Below are positions 12,385 through 21,365 of a DNA stretch of 64,000 nucleotides, piece by piece. This DNA comes from Candidatus Poribacteria bacterium (GTDB taxonomy: Bacteria; Poribacteria; WGA-4E; WGA-3G): assembly GCA_963664215.1 (NCBI GenBank), contig OY761015.1; one strand, 5' to 3'. The notes beneath the pieces are model-generated. The model did not search any database and was not told where the DNA came from. It saw only the letters and a program-made list of their open reading frames with translations. Each line of letters opens with the position of its first letter. Positions within the stretch are counted from its first letter, which is position 1. The position numbers and the translations under genes are program-made.

Positions 12385-12409
12385 GTCTCTAAAATGCCTT
12401 GAATCTTGC

Positions 12410-13042
12410 CTATATCTGTTCCGCTACCCACAAGATACTTTGTGCAAGGAATCGTAAAAAGGGTTCTACTTCAAAATCTTTCTGGTGCCCTAATGAAGTA
12501 TAGCAGATACGTCCGCCGTTATGTAAACGCGTCCATGCGACAGGCTCTGAATGTTCATCTGTGTGTCCCATCAGTAATAGAGAGGTATCGTCTCGGAGTG
12601 ATGGGTTCTTGTAAAGGCTTCCATAACAGTCAAACGCTGGGATGCCGTTCAGGATAGGGTGTTCTGTAGCAATAAATTCTACCTGAGTACGGGGACCGTC
12701 GCCGTAATGACCTTGATAGTCGCCGCCGAGCACGGTTTTATCGAATTCCAACCAGTTTTGGTAAGCGTGGCTGGCTGTCCTGACACCAACGAGCGGCTTG
12801 CCTTGTTCACAGTAGGCTTGAAATTGCCTCAGTGATGCCCCTCCAGTGTTGAGACGGCGTGTGAAAACCAACAGCGCATCTGCATCGTCCAGCGCGGCTA
12901 ACGAAGGATCGTGATCTTCTGAATTGTAGACAACTAAATTCGCCTGGATCGGGTAATGTTTTTCAACGAACGTTTTGAAGAGCGTTAGAGAGTCCTCGGA
13001 GTCGTACTCAAAAGAACCCGAAAGCATACACAAATTAAGCAC
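12410..13042 (-). CDS. ThuA-like (class I GATase fold) protein
   Basis: GKPLVGVRTASHA, HPILNG, PVAWTR...GGRICYTSLGH. Confidence 0.7.
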   Translation of the reverse strand: MLNLCMLSGSFEYDSEDSLTLFKTFVEKHYPIQANLVVYNSEDHDPSLAALDDADALLVFTRRLNTGGASLRQFQAYCEQGKPLVGVRTASHAYQNWLEFDKTVLGGDYQGHYGDGPRTQVEFIATEHPILNGIPAFDCYGSLYKNPSLRDDTSLLLMGHTDEHSEPVAWTRLHNGGRICYTSLGHQKDFEVEPFLRFLAQSILWVAEQI

Positions 13043-13052
13043 AGATCTGCTC

Positions 13053-13541
13053 CTATTTTCTTTCTAAAAACACAAAACTATAGGGATAAGGGTTTTTTTC
13101 GTCAGGTTCACCATCAATGCGTTTGACTTCTTGCCACACTTCCGTATCGAACGTCGGAAAATAGACATCCCCTTTGAAGGTCGCGTGGATCTGCGTGAGG
13201 TAGAGTCGGTTGGCATGCGGTAAGAAGGCTTCGTAGATAGGGGCACCACCGCATATCATGAGTTCTTCTGTTTCCTTACAAAGGTTAAGAATCTCTTCTA
13301 CCGAATGTGCGACGACGCATCCTTTCGGTGCCTCGTAAGTTCTGTTTCGTGTGAGAATGATGTTCTGCCGTTTGCCCAGCGGACGTTTCAGCGTTTCAAA
13401 CGTCTTACGTCCCATAACGACGGGTTTACCGATTGTCATATCGCGAAAATGTCTCCGATCGACTGGCATTTGCCATGGGATGTCGGGTCCATTGCCGATC
13501 AACCGATTTTTATCCATCGCGGCGATCATTGAAACTATCAT
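13053..13541 (-). CDS. folA: Dihydrofolate reductase
   Basis: IAAMDKNRLIG..IPW, VMGRKTFE, GGAPIY, GDVYFP. Confidence 0.95.
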   Translation of the reverse strand: MIVSMIAAMDKNRLIGNGPDIPWQMPVDRRHFRDMTIGKPVVMGRKTFETLKRPLGKRQNIILTRNRTYEAPKGCVVAHSVEEILNLCKETEELMICGGAPIYEAFLPHANRLYLTQIHATFKGDVYFPTFDTEVWQEVKRIDGEPDEKNPYPYSFVFLERK

Positions 13542-13545
13542 TTTT

Positions 13546-13908
13546 TTAAGATACGCCTCCTTCCCCTTGTTCACCTGCCTCTATTCCGCTTAAGACCTGT
13601 TCAGCAAAATTGAGTACCGTCTCTTTTGACATACGAGGGATGAGTTTAATGTCATCTCTCTCTTGCCATTCTACATCAAAGTCCCGTATCTTTACGAGTT
13701 CATCAATGGCGTTTTGAATGGTTTTCACATCGGTATCAAAGTGTTCGGCGAGCTCTTTGAGGCTAAGCGGCTCCTCTATTTGAAAAGAAAACACTTCAAA
13801 CCATAGCCACATGCCTAAGCGACGTGCGAAGTGCGAAACATCCGCGGTTGTCTCCGCCAGACGGGTGATGGATGCGAAGCAGTAGGCGGCGTGATGCGGA
13901 TAGTTCAT
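13546..13908 (-). CDS. Hypothetical protein, possible HTH
   Basis: SLKELAEHFDTDVKTIQNAIDEL resembles a helix-turn-helix; RBS GGAGG upstream. Confidence 0.5.
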   Translation of the reverse strand: MNYPHHAAYCFASITRLAETTADVSHFARRLGMWLWFEVFSFQIEEPLSLKELAEHFDTDVKTIQNAIDELVKIRDFDVEWQERDDIKLIPRMSKETVLNFAEQVLSGIEAGEQGEGGVS

Positions 13909-14085
13909 TAGGAGGTCTTCAAATCCGCCTTCCTCAAAAATGAGGTGGATGAGAAATGTCGCTTCCTCTGGTAATGTGAGTTCGTCTGAAGCTGCGGGAT
14001 TACCATTCTGTTCTGAATTGCCGAAGATGCTTGTTTTTGCTTTTTCTGTGTCATTCTTTTCCTAAATACTACCTTTGCAAGGATT

Positions 14086-14883
14086 CTAAACAATCATAGG
14101 CGCGTAAATAGTCTCGTGATGCTGGTAGTCTAACAATTGGATGTGTTGCATCTTGAAAGCGTCAATTGATTTGATCTTCGGATCCAGTTCAAGTTTCGGG
14201 AGTGGATAGGGACTTCGTTTCAATTGGATTTTGACGGCTTCAAGGTGTTCATGATAGATGTGTGCGTCGCCTAAGGTGTGGATGAATTCATAAGGCGTAA
14301 AGCCTGTGACGTGTGCCACCATGTGTAAGAGGAGCGCATAGGATGCGATATTAAACGGGACACCCAAGAACATATCACAGCTGGGTTGATACATCTGCAG
14401 CGACAACTTGCCGTCCGCTACGACGAACTGGAAACACATGTGGCAGGGTGTCAATGCCATTTCATCTAATTCCGCGGGGTTCCATGCTGTAACGATATGT
14501 TTGCGGCTGTGCGGATTTGTCTGAAGTTGTTCGATGATTCTGGCTAACTGATCGATCGTGCCATTTTCTGTTTTCCACCGTCGCCATTGGACACCGTATA
14601 TCCGTCCGAGGTAACCATCACGTCCCCATGCCTCAGCGTTTGCATCCCAAATTGGTGTGCCGAGTTTTTGAAACTGATTGACATGATCGTAGCCGCGCAA
14701 AAAACCCAGAAGTTCCGCTTTTACGGACCGAAAGGCGAGTTTTTTGGTGGTTACGGCAGGAAACCCGTCTTCCATGTTGTAGCGCATCTGCATGCCGAAA
14801 AGTGCGCGGGTTACGCCGTTTCTACCCTCTCGGTCGATGCCGGTATCGTATACCTGCCGGAGTCCTTCTATGTATTGTTCCAT
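14086..14883 (-). CDS. thyA: Thymidylate synthase (conserved Arg of QRS motif reads Pro)
   Basis: FPAVTTKK, YGVQWR, MALTPCH, DMFLGVPFNIASY, DAHIY. Confidence 0.95.
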   Translation of the reverse strand: MEQYIEGLRQVYDTGIDREGRNGVTRALFGMQMRYNMEDGFPAVTTKKLAFRSVKAELLGFLRGYDHVNQFQKLGTPIWDANAEAWGRDGYLGRIYGVQWRRWKTENGTIDQLARIIEQLQTNPHSRKHIVTAWNPAELDEMALTPCHMCFQFVVADGKLSLQMYQPSCDMFLGVPFNIASYALLLHMVAHVTGFTPYEFIHTLGDAHIYHEHLEAVKIQLKRSPYPLPKLELDPKIKSIDAFKMQHIQLLDYQHHETIYAPMIV

Positions 14884-14911
14884 GGCTATCTCTACTGTAT
14901 TCTATTCCATA

Positions 14912-15343
14912 TTACCGATCTGTGCTACCGAATCCGCCTCGCGAGGCGGCGGACATCTCTTCGACCTCATGCCATTCTGCTGTGTCCACACGCACGAAAA
15001 TGGCTTGTGCGATACGACTCCCTCTTTCAACCTTAACAAGGCTATCAGTGAAATTATAAACCTGAATTTGCAGTTCATCCGCTTCACCACAGTAGTCGTT
15101 GTCGACGATACCTACGCCTTGCGGCACCATCAAGCCGAATTTGCGCGGTGTGCTACTTCGCGAGCATACCATCAGCATATAACCGGGGGGTGTTTCAACG
15201 ATAACGTTCGCGGGGATCAGGACGATGGCGTGTGGGGCAATCTCTGCGGATTCTCGACAAATCAGATCGAAGCCAACAGAACCAGCGGTTTCGTATTTCG
15301 GCAATGGAAGCGTTTTGTCGATGCGTTTAATATTAATTTTCAT
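14912..15343 (-). CDS. dut: dUTP diphosphatase (trimeric)
   Basis: GSVGFDL, RSS, GIVDNDY, RIAQ, RGGFGST. Confidence 0.93.
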   Translation of the reverse strand: MKINIKRIDKTLPLPKYETAGSVGFDLICRESAEIAPHAIVLIPANVIVETPPGYMLMVCSRSSTPRKFGLMVPQGVGIVDNDYCGEADELQIQVYNFTDSLVKVERGSRIAQAIFVRVDTAEWHEVEEMSAASRGGFGSTDR

Positions 15344-15348
15344 AGGTA

Positions 15349-16233
15349 TTACGGCACTGCGATTCCTACTGTCTTGCATGCGACGCGATAAACGGAGGTA
15401 CTCGCCGTGATAAATAGCGTTTGCCAGTCATCTCCACCCCATGCCAAGTTCGCTGATCGTTCAGGAACGAGAATAATTCCGAGGTGTGTTCCGTCTGGTG
15501 CGAAGACCCAAATACCGTCAGGACCTGTTAAATAAACATTTCCGTGCGTATCGGCTTTCATTCCGTCCGGTTTCCCGGTATCTCCTTCCTCTACACCGAA
15601 GATGCGGTCATTTGTGAGTGTGCCGTCGGGTTGCACATCAAAGGCACGCACATGCATCCGTTCGGTGTCGTTAATGTAGAGGATGGACTCATCTGGTGAA
15701 AAGCAGATGCCGTTAGGTCTGTCAAAGTCATCAACGAGAAGGGTCAGTGTCTCACCGTTTGGGGAGAGGCGATAGACACCTTGAAAGTCGAGTTCCTTCT
15801 CCGATTCAACGCCGTAGGCTGCGCTTAACCCGTATGGAGGATCGGTGAAATAGATGCTTCCATCGGATTTCACAACGACATCGTTCGGACTGTTCAAACG
15901 CTTTCCCTGGTAGTGTGATGCGATTGTGATAACGTCTCCGTCGGCTGTTGTTCTTGAGACCCGTCGGTTTGCGTGTTCACAGGCGACAAGGTGTCCGCCT
16001 TTATCGTAAGTCAAACCGTTTGACTTACCGGAGGGTTCACGAAAAACAGTCATTCCAGCGTTCACATCCCATCTCCGCATCTTGTTTGCAGGAATATCAC
16101 TGAAAAGCAGAAACTTCTCTGTCGCGTGCCAGAGCGGTCCCTCGGTGAATTCGCAGCCTGTTGCTATTTGTTCAACATTTGCCTCTGGATCGATCAAATC
16201 CGTTAATCGTGCGTCGCGTACGTCAAGAGCCAT
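15349..16233 (-). CDS. SMP-30/gluconolactonase/LRE family protein
   Basis: FTEGPLW, LNSPNDVVV, FTDPPYG, PNGICFSPD, PDGMKAD. Confidence 0.92.
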   Translation of the reverse strand: MALDVRDARLTDLIDPEANVEQIATGCEFTEGPLWHATEKFLLFSDIPANKMRRWDVNAGMTVFREPSGKSNGLTYDKGGHLVACEHANRRVSRTTADGDVITIASHYQGKRLNSPNDVVVKSDGSIYFTDPPYGLSAAYGVESEKELDFQGVYRLSPNGETLTLLVDDFDRPNGICFSPDESILYINDTERMHVRAFDVQPDGTLTNDRIFGVEEGDTGKPDGMKADTHGNVYLTGPDGIWVFAPDGTHLGIILVPERSANLAWGGDDWQTLFITASTSVYRVACKTVGIAVP

Positions 16234-16358
16234 GTTTTTCCTTTCAAATATCCTTGACAACTCTCTCAATTAATGTTAGCATAGTTTTTAAAATAGTGGA
16301 TATAGGATTTCGCGCAGTAAGAATGTAACTTGCACGTCCATTAGAATTAAAAAAAGAA

Positions 16359-16432
<74 letters not shown>

Positions 16433-16489
16433 ATCTTAAGTCAGGGAGGTTAACTGAATGAAACCGATCCTGATTTACATGTATTCTTA

Positions 16490-16518
16490 ATTTTAACAGA
16501 TTCAGCATCTTTTGTCAA
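16490..16518 (-). promoter_or_regulatory. sigma70 promoter for tRNA-Arg
   Basis: Minus strand TTGACA-17 nt-TAAAAT. Confidence 0.7.
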
Positions 16519-16527
16519 GTTTTTCCA

Positions 16528-17676
16528 GTGAAAAAATCTAAGGAGGAGATCAGGGTGAAACGTAAATTTCAGAAGTTCTCAATCCTCGCGGTTCTGGTTG
16601 TCTTTTTATTTAGTTTCGCACCCGATATTGTAGAGAGCCGCCGCGGTGGCGGTTTTCGGGGCGGCCGGAGTTTCAGTCGTAGCCGGAGTTATAGTCGTAG
16701 CACGACTCGGCGGAGTACGACACCGAGGCGTACCTATAGTAGCACGCGCAGCCGAAGTAGTACCAGTCGTTCTTATAGCAGTCCGCGGACTTCAACGCGA
16801 ACGACCCGTAGCACGGGCAGTACCTATAGCCGAAGTAGCGCGTCGAGAACCACCGGCACACGTGCCAGCACCGTAGCACGCCAGAGACAGACGGCGACGA
16901 GTCGGGCAAGAGCGACGACCGCGACAAACCGTAGTACAACTGCGACTCGGAATGCAACGCGCAGCCAACAACGTCAGGTGAAAGCACAAAACCGGAAACA
17001 GGTCCGACAACTTAAAGCGGAAAACCGCAGTTTAAAACGCCAGAACAGAACAGCGAATCGAGAGACAGCACGCGCTCGTCGAGACGCCCGTCAAACGATT
17101 AACGTCAATAACTTCGGGGGCTACTACCCTATGATGGGGTATTCAATGTATCCCTTGGCGGCGTCTATGGCGTTTAACAACCTCATGTTTAATATCTATT
17201 TCCATGACTACTACAATCATGCGATTCGCCACAGTTACTTGTGGCACTACCACCATCGGGATTATGACAGGTCGCATTGGAGCGCAGAAAAACAGAAGGA
17301 ATATGAGTACTACAAAGACTATTACGAGAGTCAAGGTGTTGAGCAAAACCCGAATTACGTAGATCCGGGCACCAATCGCGATGAGGATTATGTCGCAAGT
17401 TACGTCGAGGAGAATCCTGATGAGTTTTACGGGGAGGGTGCCGAGGCTTACACGGTTGATGAACTGCCAGATGAAGAGGCATTGAAGTCGGAACTCCTTG
17501 CCGCTGCCGAAGAAACGCCTACGGTAACATCGAACACAACCCGCGCACCACCAGCCACACGCACCGTTGTTGTCGAGAACAAGACATCCGGGGCGACTTG
17601 GTTCCTGCTTATCTTCGGAAGTATCCTCGTGATTGGCGTGGTTATGTTAGTAATGTATAACAAGGGTTATTTTTAG
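16528..17676 (+). CDS. Exported/membrane protein with Ser/Arg/Thr-rich low-complexity region and C-terminal TM helix
   Basis: N-terminal hydrophobic segment, RSS/RST repeats, Tyr/His-rich middle, hydrophobic C-terminus. Confidence 0.75.
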   Translation: MKKSKEEIRVKRKFQKFSILAVLVVFLFSFAPDIVESRRGGGFRGGRSFSRSRSYSRSTTRRSTTPRRTYSSTRSRSSTSRSYSSPRTSTRTTRSTGSTYSRSSASRTTGTRASTVARQRQTATSRARATTATNRSTTATRNATRSQQRQVKAQNRKQVRQLKAENRSLKRQNRTANRETARARRDARQTINVNNFGGYYPMMGYSMYPLAASMAFNNLMFNIYFHDYYNHAIRHSYLWHYHHRDYDRSHWSAEKQKEYEYYKDYYESQGVEQNPNYVDPGTNRDEDYVASYVEENPDEFYGEGAEAYTVDELPDEEALKSELLAAAEETPTVTSNTTRAPPATRTVVVENKTSGATWFLLIFGSILVIGVVMLVMYNKGYF

Positions 17677-17684
17677 GTAGGACT

Positions 17685-18308
17685 ATGGCACTATTTGGCA
17701 GAAAAGATGGCAAATCCCTGTTTGGTAGACGAAAGGACGCTGAACCGAAGAAACCGGTGCGGCACGAGTTGGTCGACATTCCACTTGACAGCATGATCGA
17801 GCTCTCCGACATCATCACGTATGAGGAGACAGGTGATACGTCCCACGCCTTCAAACTGGTCATACGGAAAAAATATGAGGCGGACAGCCTCCGTCGTTAT
17901 ATGTATCACATCCGTGACGCTGAAGAGGAAGTCGTTATCGGTGTCGATCATGTCGCTGGAACGAAAGAAGACTACGAGATTTCCCGATGGATTGTTGACG
18001 ATGAGTGTGAACTCGGCGATCCGTTGCCGGATACCATGACGCTCTATTTTCCCGATCCAGAGAATGACAATGCGGACATCGCTGTCGAATATAACCGACA
18101 AGACGTTGTCCCCGCAACACTCACCCTTACCAATGCCGAAGGGGAAGAAAAATTCGACGTTGAACTCCACGAATACGCCAATGATAACGACGAGTACATG
18201 TCTATTGAACTCTGTGGCGACTGGTTGACTTTCTATGTCGGTGTACTCATCACGCGATCGGATATAGAAATCTATCCAGCGATGGAAGCACCTTCTAAAC
18301 GCAAGTAA
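17685..18308 (+). CDS. Acidic hypothetical protein (possibly DUF4178-like)
   Basis: 207 aa ORF with RBS AGGA, co-oriented with the previous gene. Confidence 0.65.
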   Translation: MALFGRKDGKSLFGRRKDAEPKKPVRHELVDIPLDSMIELSDIITYEETGDTSHAFKLVIRKKYEADSLRRYMYHIRDAEEEVVIGVDHVAGTKEDYEISRWIVDDECELGDPLPDTMTLYFPDPENDNADIAVEYNRQDVVPATLTLTNAEGEEKFDVELHEYANDNDEYMSIELCGDWLTFYVGVLITRSDIEIYPAMEAPSKRK

Positions 18309-18328
18309 GTTTTATCCCTGATCTATCC

Positions 18329-18365
18329 ATAAGGCGAGGTTTTCTGACCTCGCCTTATTTTATTT
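18329..18365 (+). terminator. Intrinsic terminator
   Basis: 12-bp stem ATAAGGCGAGGT/ACCTCGCCTTAT plus T-rich tail. Confidence 0.85.
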
Positions 18366-18435
18366 AACGAAAGCAAATGATCTACATCCCTTTTTGGCAT
18401 TCCCTATCTGCCTTATAGTCAGTTTTTTCAAATTA

Positions 18436-18477
18436 TGCAGGTTTTCCTATCCGAAAATTCGTCTTTAAGGGTAGAGG
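18436..18477 (+). promoter_or_regulatory. Candidate ECF-type promoter, copy 1
   Basis: TGCAG...AAAATT..GTCTTTAA.G.TAGAGG shared with 43333-43373, upstream of another ECF gene. Confidence 0.5.
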
Positions 18478-18578
18478 GTATAAACTGCATCCCATTTCTT
18501 AGTTTTACCAACTTCACATTTGATTCAATCTTTTGGCAATATAAACACGACCGCGTCTGTTCATTAGGAGAGGAACTC

Positions 18579-21257
18579 TTGGAAAGAGAAGACGATGTTC
18601 AACTGATTCGTAGGGTCTTATCGGGAGATGACAAGGCATTTGATATCTTGGTTGGAAAGTATGAAAAAAGCGTTCATGCCCTTGTGTGGCGGAAGGTTGG
18701 CGACTTTCACTATGCTGAAGAGATTACGCAAGATACTTTTCTCCAAGCATACAAAAAACTCTCGACCCTGAAAAATCCGCATCAATTTGCTGGATGGTTG
18801 TATGTCATCGCAAACCGACTTTGCATTGATTGGCTACGAAAGCAAAAGCCTGCGATGCAATCATTAGAGGCAACATCTGTGAAAGAAATAGACAGTATAA
18901 CCTATGCGCGTTATGTGGAGGAAGACCGTGAGTTGGAAGCCGCCGAACATCGTCATGAGCTCGTCAAAAAACTTCTTGAAAAGCTCCCCGAGAGTGAACG
19001 CACAGTTGTAACCCTCTACTATCTCGGCGAAATGACAACGAAAGAGATTAGCAAGTTCTTAGGTGTTTCTGTAAAGACGATTAGCAGTCGTCTGCGTCGG
19101 GCACGAGAGCGTTTAAAGCAGAAAGAGGAGCTCTTTGTCCAAGAGTATTTTGGCGGTGTGCAGTTATCAGCGAATATCAGACAGAACATTGCTCGGCAAG
19201 TCGCTGACTTGAAACTGACCCCACCCTCGGCTACGAAACCGTTGCTCCCGTGGGCAGCTTTCGGCACCGCCGTGGTTTTAGCAGCCTTATTGATGATGAG
19301 TATCAGCAAGCAATACCTCGCACATTTTCAGAAACCTTACAGTTTCGAGGCAACATCCGAACCTACCGTTGAAATTATTGATGCCCCTATCGTCCTGGAG
19401 ACCGCCGCAAAACCATCCGTGCGAAATCAGATGGGACAAACTTCCACCATCAGTAAAAGTAATAGTATTGGCTTACACGATTCCAACAGGAATTTAACAC
19501 CTAATGCCTCGGAGGATTCACTCAGGCTTTCTGAGGCACAGTGGATGCCGGATCCTGCCCTGCGACAGGCAGTTCGAGAAAAACTTGACATTCCGAAAGA
19601 TGTGCCTTTGACCCAAGCATATCTTCAACAACACTTAACAAGTCTCGATGTGCGATACAAAGGGATCGTCGATCTCACAGGTTTAGAGCATGCGACTGAT
19701 TTACAGGCGCTTGTTCTAATAGGCAACAAGATTCAGGATATATCGCCTTTGTCTGGTCTAACCGGACTTGCTTTTCTTGATTTGGGAGAGAACCAGATTT
19801 CAGACCTACGCCCGCTTGCAGCACTCACGCATTTAGAGACTTTACATATTTGGAAGAACCGAATCGAAGATATTTCACCGCTTTCAACGTTGGTCAATCT
19901 CAAAAAGTTGTTAATAGAAAATAATGATGTTCGGGATTTTTCACCCATTGATGGGCTGACCCACTTAGAGGAGTTAGACAAGCGTGGCAATTTTCGGATC
20001 GGTGATTATATATCGCGAATCGCGATAGGACCTCGTATCAAAGATAGGAAGTATCCTTCGGTCTTTTCAGCGTGGTATTACGATATGCTCAACGTACCAA
20101 ACCTATCCGATGATGAGGAACTCGTCTATCACGATCTGTTTTGGGGTGGACCGGGGTTTCACCTGCAATGGCATCCTACACCGAGAGGGCTTCGACTCTT
20201 TGGTAGAATAGACGATGCGCACTGGAAAAGACAGTATCTGCTTTCGCAAAATCCTAACTTTCTAAGACTTGTGAGTCTCGACTACATCGATGCCGATCCA
20301 AGCGACTACTCTGAAGCGTGGCCCCATTGGATAAGAGATGCGAACGGTGATCGAGTTCGAGCGTACGCTGGTGGTTCAACCTTCCTGATAGATTTCACAC
20401 ATCCCGTTGTACAAGACATCCTCATTCAGAAAGCTCTTGCCGTAGCGAAATGCGGTCTCTACGACGGTATCTTCTTGGAACGGTGGCAGGAAGGCACGGT
20501 TACACTTGAGGATGACAAGGGCGTTTGCTATCGAGGTGTTAAAGCCGAGTGGTCGGCGAGAATATCTGTGATGCGTCGTATTCGTGAGGCTGTTGGTGAC
20601 AATTTTCTGATTATTGTCAATACGGGACGGCGTAAAGCTCAACTTTCTGCTCCCTACCTTAATGGGGCGTTCATAGAAGCTATTCTGGACGAAGGTGATA
20701 CGGCTTACACGCATGATCGTCTCCGAGAAATTGAAAGCACGTTGTTATGGTCGGAGCAGAACTTTCGTGGACCGCAAATAAATGCGCTTGAAGGTCAAGG
20801 GATTCCGTTTGAGCGTCCGGATTCTCCCCGGAACCAGCAAATGATGCGTCTTATTACGACTTTGGGCTTGACACACTCTGATGGCTACGTTTGTTATGTC
20901 ATGGGAGTTACAGGCATAATCCATAAGCATGAATACGAAATCTCGCCCGGACATAAGATAGACCATATAGCAGGTAAGCGGCATAATCACAACCACCAAC
21001 ACTATTGGTATCCATTCTGGGATGCCCCGCTGGGTCGTCCTGTGGGTGAGAAGGCGCAACTTTATCATAATAGCAAAGGACATGCGGTTGAGGGTTTATT
21101 TATCCGTGAGTTCACCAACGGTTGGGCAGTCTACAATCGTAGCGGCAAGGAACAGAAGATTCGTTTACCGGCACAAACCACCGGTGTCGCGAATGGCATC
21201 ACCAGCACACAGCACACCCTCCTAGATTTAGATGGCGAAATTTATCTGAAAAAATAA
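18579..21257 (+). CDS. ECF sigma factor fused to TM helix, LRRs and a TIM-barrel glycosidase-like domain
   Basis: Region 2 (AEEITQDTFLQAY, FAGWLYVIA), region 4 (LPESERTVV..EISKFLGVSVKTISSRLRRAR), TM PWAAFGTAVVL, LxxLxL repeats, DGIFLE; probable TTG start at 18579. Confidence 0.85.
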   Translation: MEREDDVQLIRRVLSGDDKAFDILVGKYEKSVHALVWRKVGDFHYAEEITQDTFLQAYKKLSTLKNPHQFAGWLYVIANRLCIDWLRKQKPAMQSLEATSVKEIDSITYARYVEEDRELEAAEHRHELVKKLLEKLPESERTVVTLYYLGEMTTKEISKFLGVSVKTISSRLRRARERLKQKEELFVQEYFGGVQLSANIRQNIARQVADLKLTPPSATKPLLPWAAFGTAVVLAALLMMSISKQYLAHFQKPYSFEATSEPTVEIIDAPIVLETAAKPSVRNQMGQTSTISKSNSIGLHDSNRNLTPNASEDSLRLSEAQWMPDPALRQAVREKLDIPKDVPLTQAYLQQHLTSLDVRYKGIVDLTGLEHATDLQALVLIGNKIQDISPLSGLTGLAFLDLGENQISDLRPLAALTHLETLHIWKNRIEDISPLSTLVNLKKLLIENNDVRDFSPIDGLTHLEELDKRGNFRIGDYISRIAIGPRIKDRKYPSVFSAWYYDMLNVPNLSDDEELVYHDLFWGGPGFHLQWHPTPRGLRLFGRIDDAHWKRQYLLSQNPNFLRLVSLDYIDADPSDYSEAWPHWIRDANGDRVRAYAGGSTFLIDFTHPVVQDILIQKALAVAKCGLYDGIFLERWQEGTVTLEDDKGVCYRGVKAEWSARISVMRRIREAVGDNFLIIVNTGRRKAQLSAPYLNGAFIEAILDEGDTAYTHDRLREIESTLLWSEQNFRGPQINALEGQGIPFERPDSPRNQQMMRLITTLGLTHSDGYVCYVMGVTGIIHKHEYEISPGHKIDHIAGKRHNHNHQHYWYPFWDAPLGRPVGEKAQLYHNSKGHAVEGLFIREFTNGWAVYNRSGKEQKIRLPAQTTGVANGITSTQHTLLDLDGEIYLKK

Positions 21258-21365
21258 CATTACTTGCCGATGTCAAAAGCGACAACACCATCACCATTTT
21301 CGATTTGGATGCTGTTGCGAATGCTTTTAGAAATCCTTCGACTGCGTTCTGTGAAGGAATAAAAT

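Noticed and set aside
13908-14093. 61-aa ORF between thyA and the HTH-like gene
   Set aside because: Short, with no recognisable motif; not enough support
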